A stretch of DNA of 64,000 bases from a virus. Its lineage: Duplodnaviria > Caudoviricetes. Under the pieces are notes generated by a model. The model saw nothing but the letters and a program-made list of their open reading frames with translations, ran no database searches and had not been told where the DNA came from. The stretch lies in IMG/VR virus record IMGVR_UViG_3300021400_000347, positions 1 through 64,000 of that record; one strand, given 5' to 3'. Position 1 is the first letter of the stretch, and every line of letters begins with the position of its first letter. The translations under genes were made by a program, and so were the position numbers. This document shows, piece by piece, positions 63,682 through 64,000 of this stretch.

Positions 63682-64000
63682 TTACCTCCTTATTGAATTA
63701 ACGCTTGTTTTGCGCGCAATCTTTAAGATTTCGTCCATAGCTGTATCAGCAGCTTGACGTACATCATAATCGTTCGCGATTGAAGCGACATTCATATTTA
63801 ACGTAATACCACCAAAATCGGTGCTTGTGCCAATTGATGAATAGTCAGGTTGATTGTTAAGTACATTACGGAAATCAAGTAGAAGATTCGCTAGTGAATT
63901 AGAGCCACCGGAGCTAAGGATTTGATTCTTCCATAGTTGAGTCTCTTCTGCGTTCAAGAAGGCTTCTGGCTTGGATTTAGAACCGTGAACCATTGCCAGA
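63682..64000 (-). CDS. Tape measure protein, C-terminal part (runs off window)
   Basis: HGSKSKPEAFLNAE..ITLNMNV..IANDYDV; position upstream of Dit-like gene. Confidence 0.6.
   Translation of the reverse strand, partial: LAMVHGSKSKPEAFLNAEETQLWKNQILSSGGSNSLANLLLDFRNVLNNQPDYSSIGTSTDFGGITLNMNVASIANDYDVRQAADTAMDEILKIARKTSVNSIRR

Overview
A 64-kb segment of a large tailed dsDNA phage. The host is probably Bacillota (inferred from many consensus TTGACW-N17-TATAAT sigmaA promoters, an r1t-type holin, DnaE/RecJ/NrdDG). The phage uses an alternative genetic code: in-frame TAG codons interrupt many otherwise intact genes at positions where the families have Gln (code 15), so the supplied ORF track fragments or misses genes. 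A CUA-anticodon suppressor tRNA is at 2469-2557. Layout: (1) 1-12.1 kb is a cluster of about 18 tRNA genes, one with a group I intron. It is interleaved with unexplained structured RNAs, small early genes and a DUF2828 (Ro60/TROVE-like, vWA) gene followed by a nested array of covarying ACAGCAA stem-loops. (2) 12.2-20 kb holds TAG-rich virion/fibre and lysis genes. (3) 20-56.7 kb holds nucleotide metabolism and replication: RNase H, dNMP kinase, ligase, ClpP, PIN-PhoH, NDT plus two NCS2 nucleobase permeases, an HTH gene with an iteron origin, a type II topoisomerase split by an R-M-like cassette, SSB, AAA, DnaB, primase, RecJ, DnaE, NrdH/D/G, GIY-YIG, dUTPase and RuvC. (4) 56.7-64 kb holds minus-strand tail genes. 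Best candidate for a novel system: the promoter-suppressor tRNA-DUF2828-ACAGCAA RNA array-terminator unit. All calls are by eye; no database searches were run.
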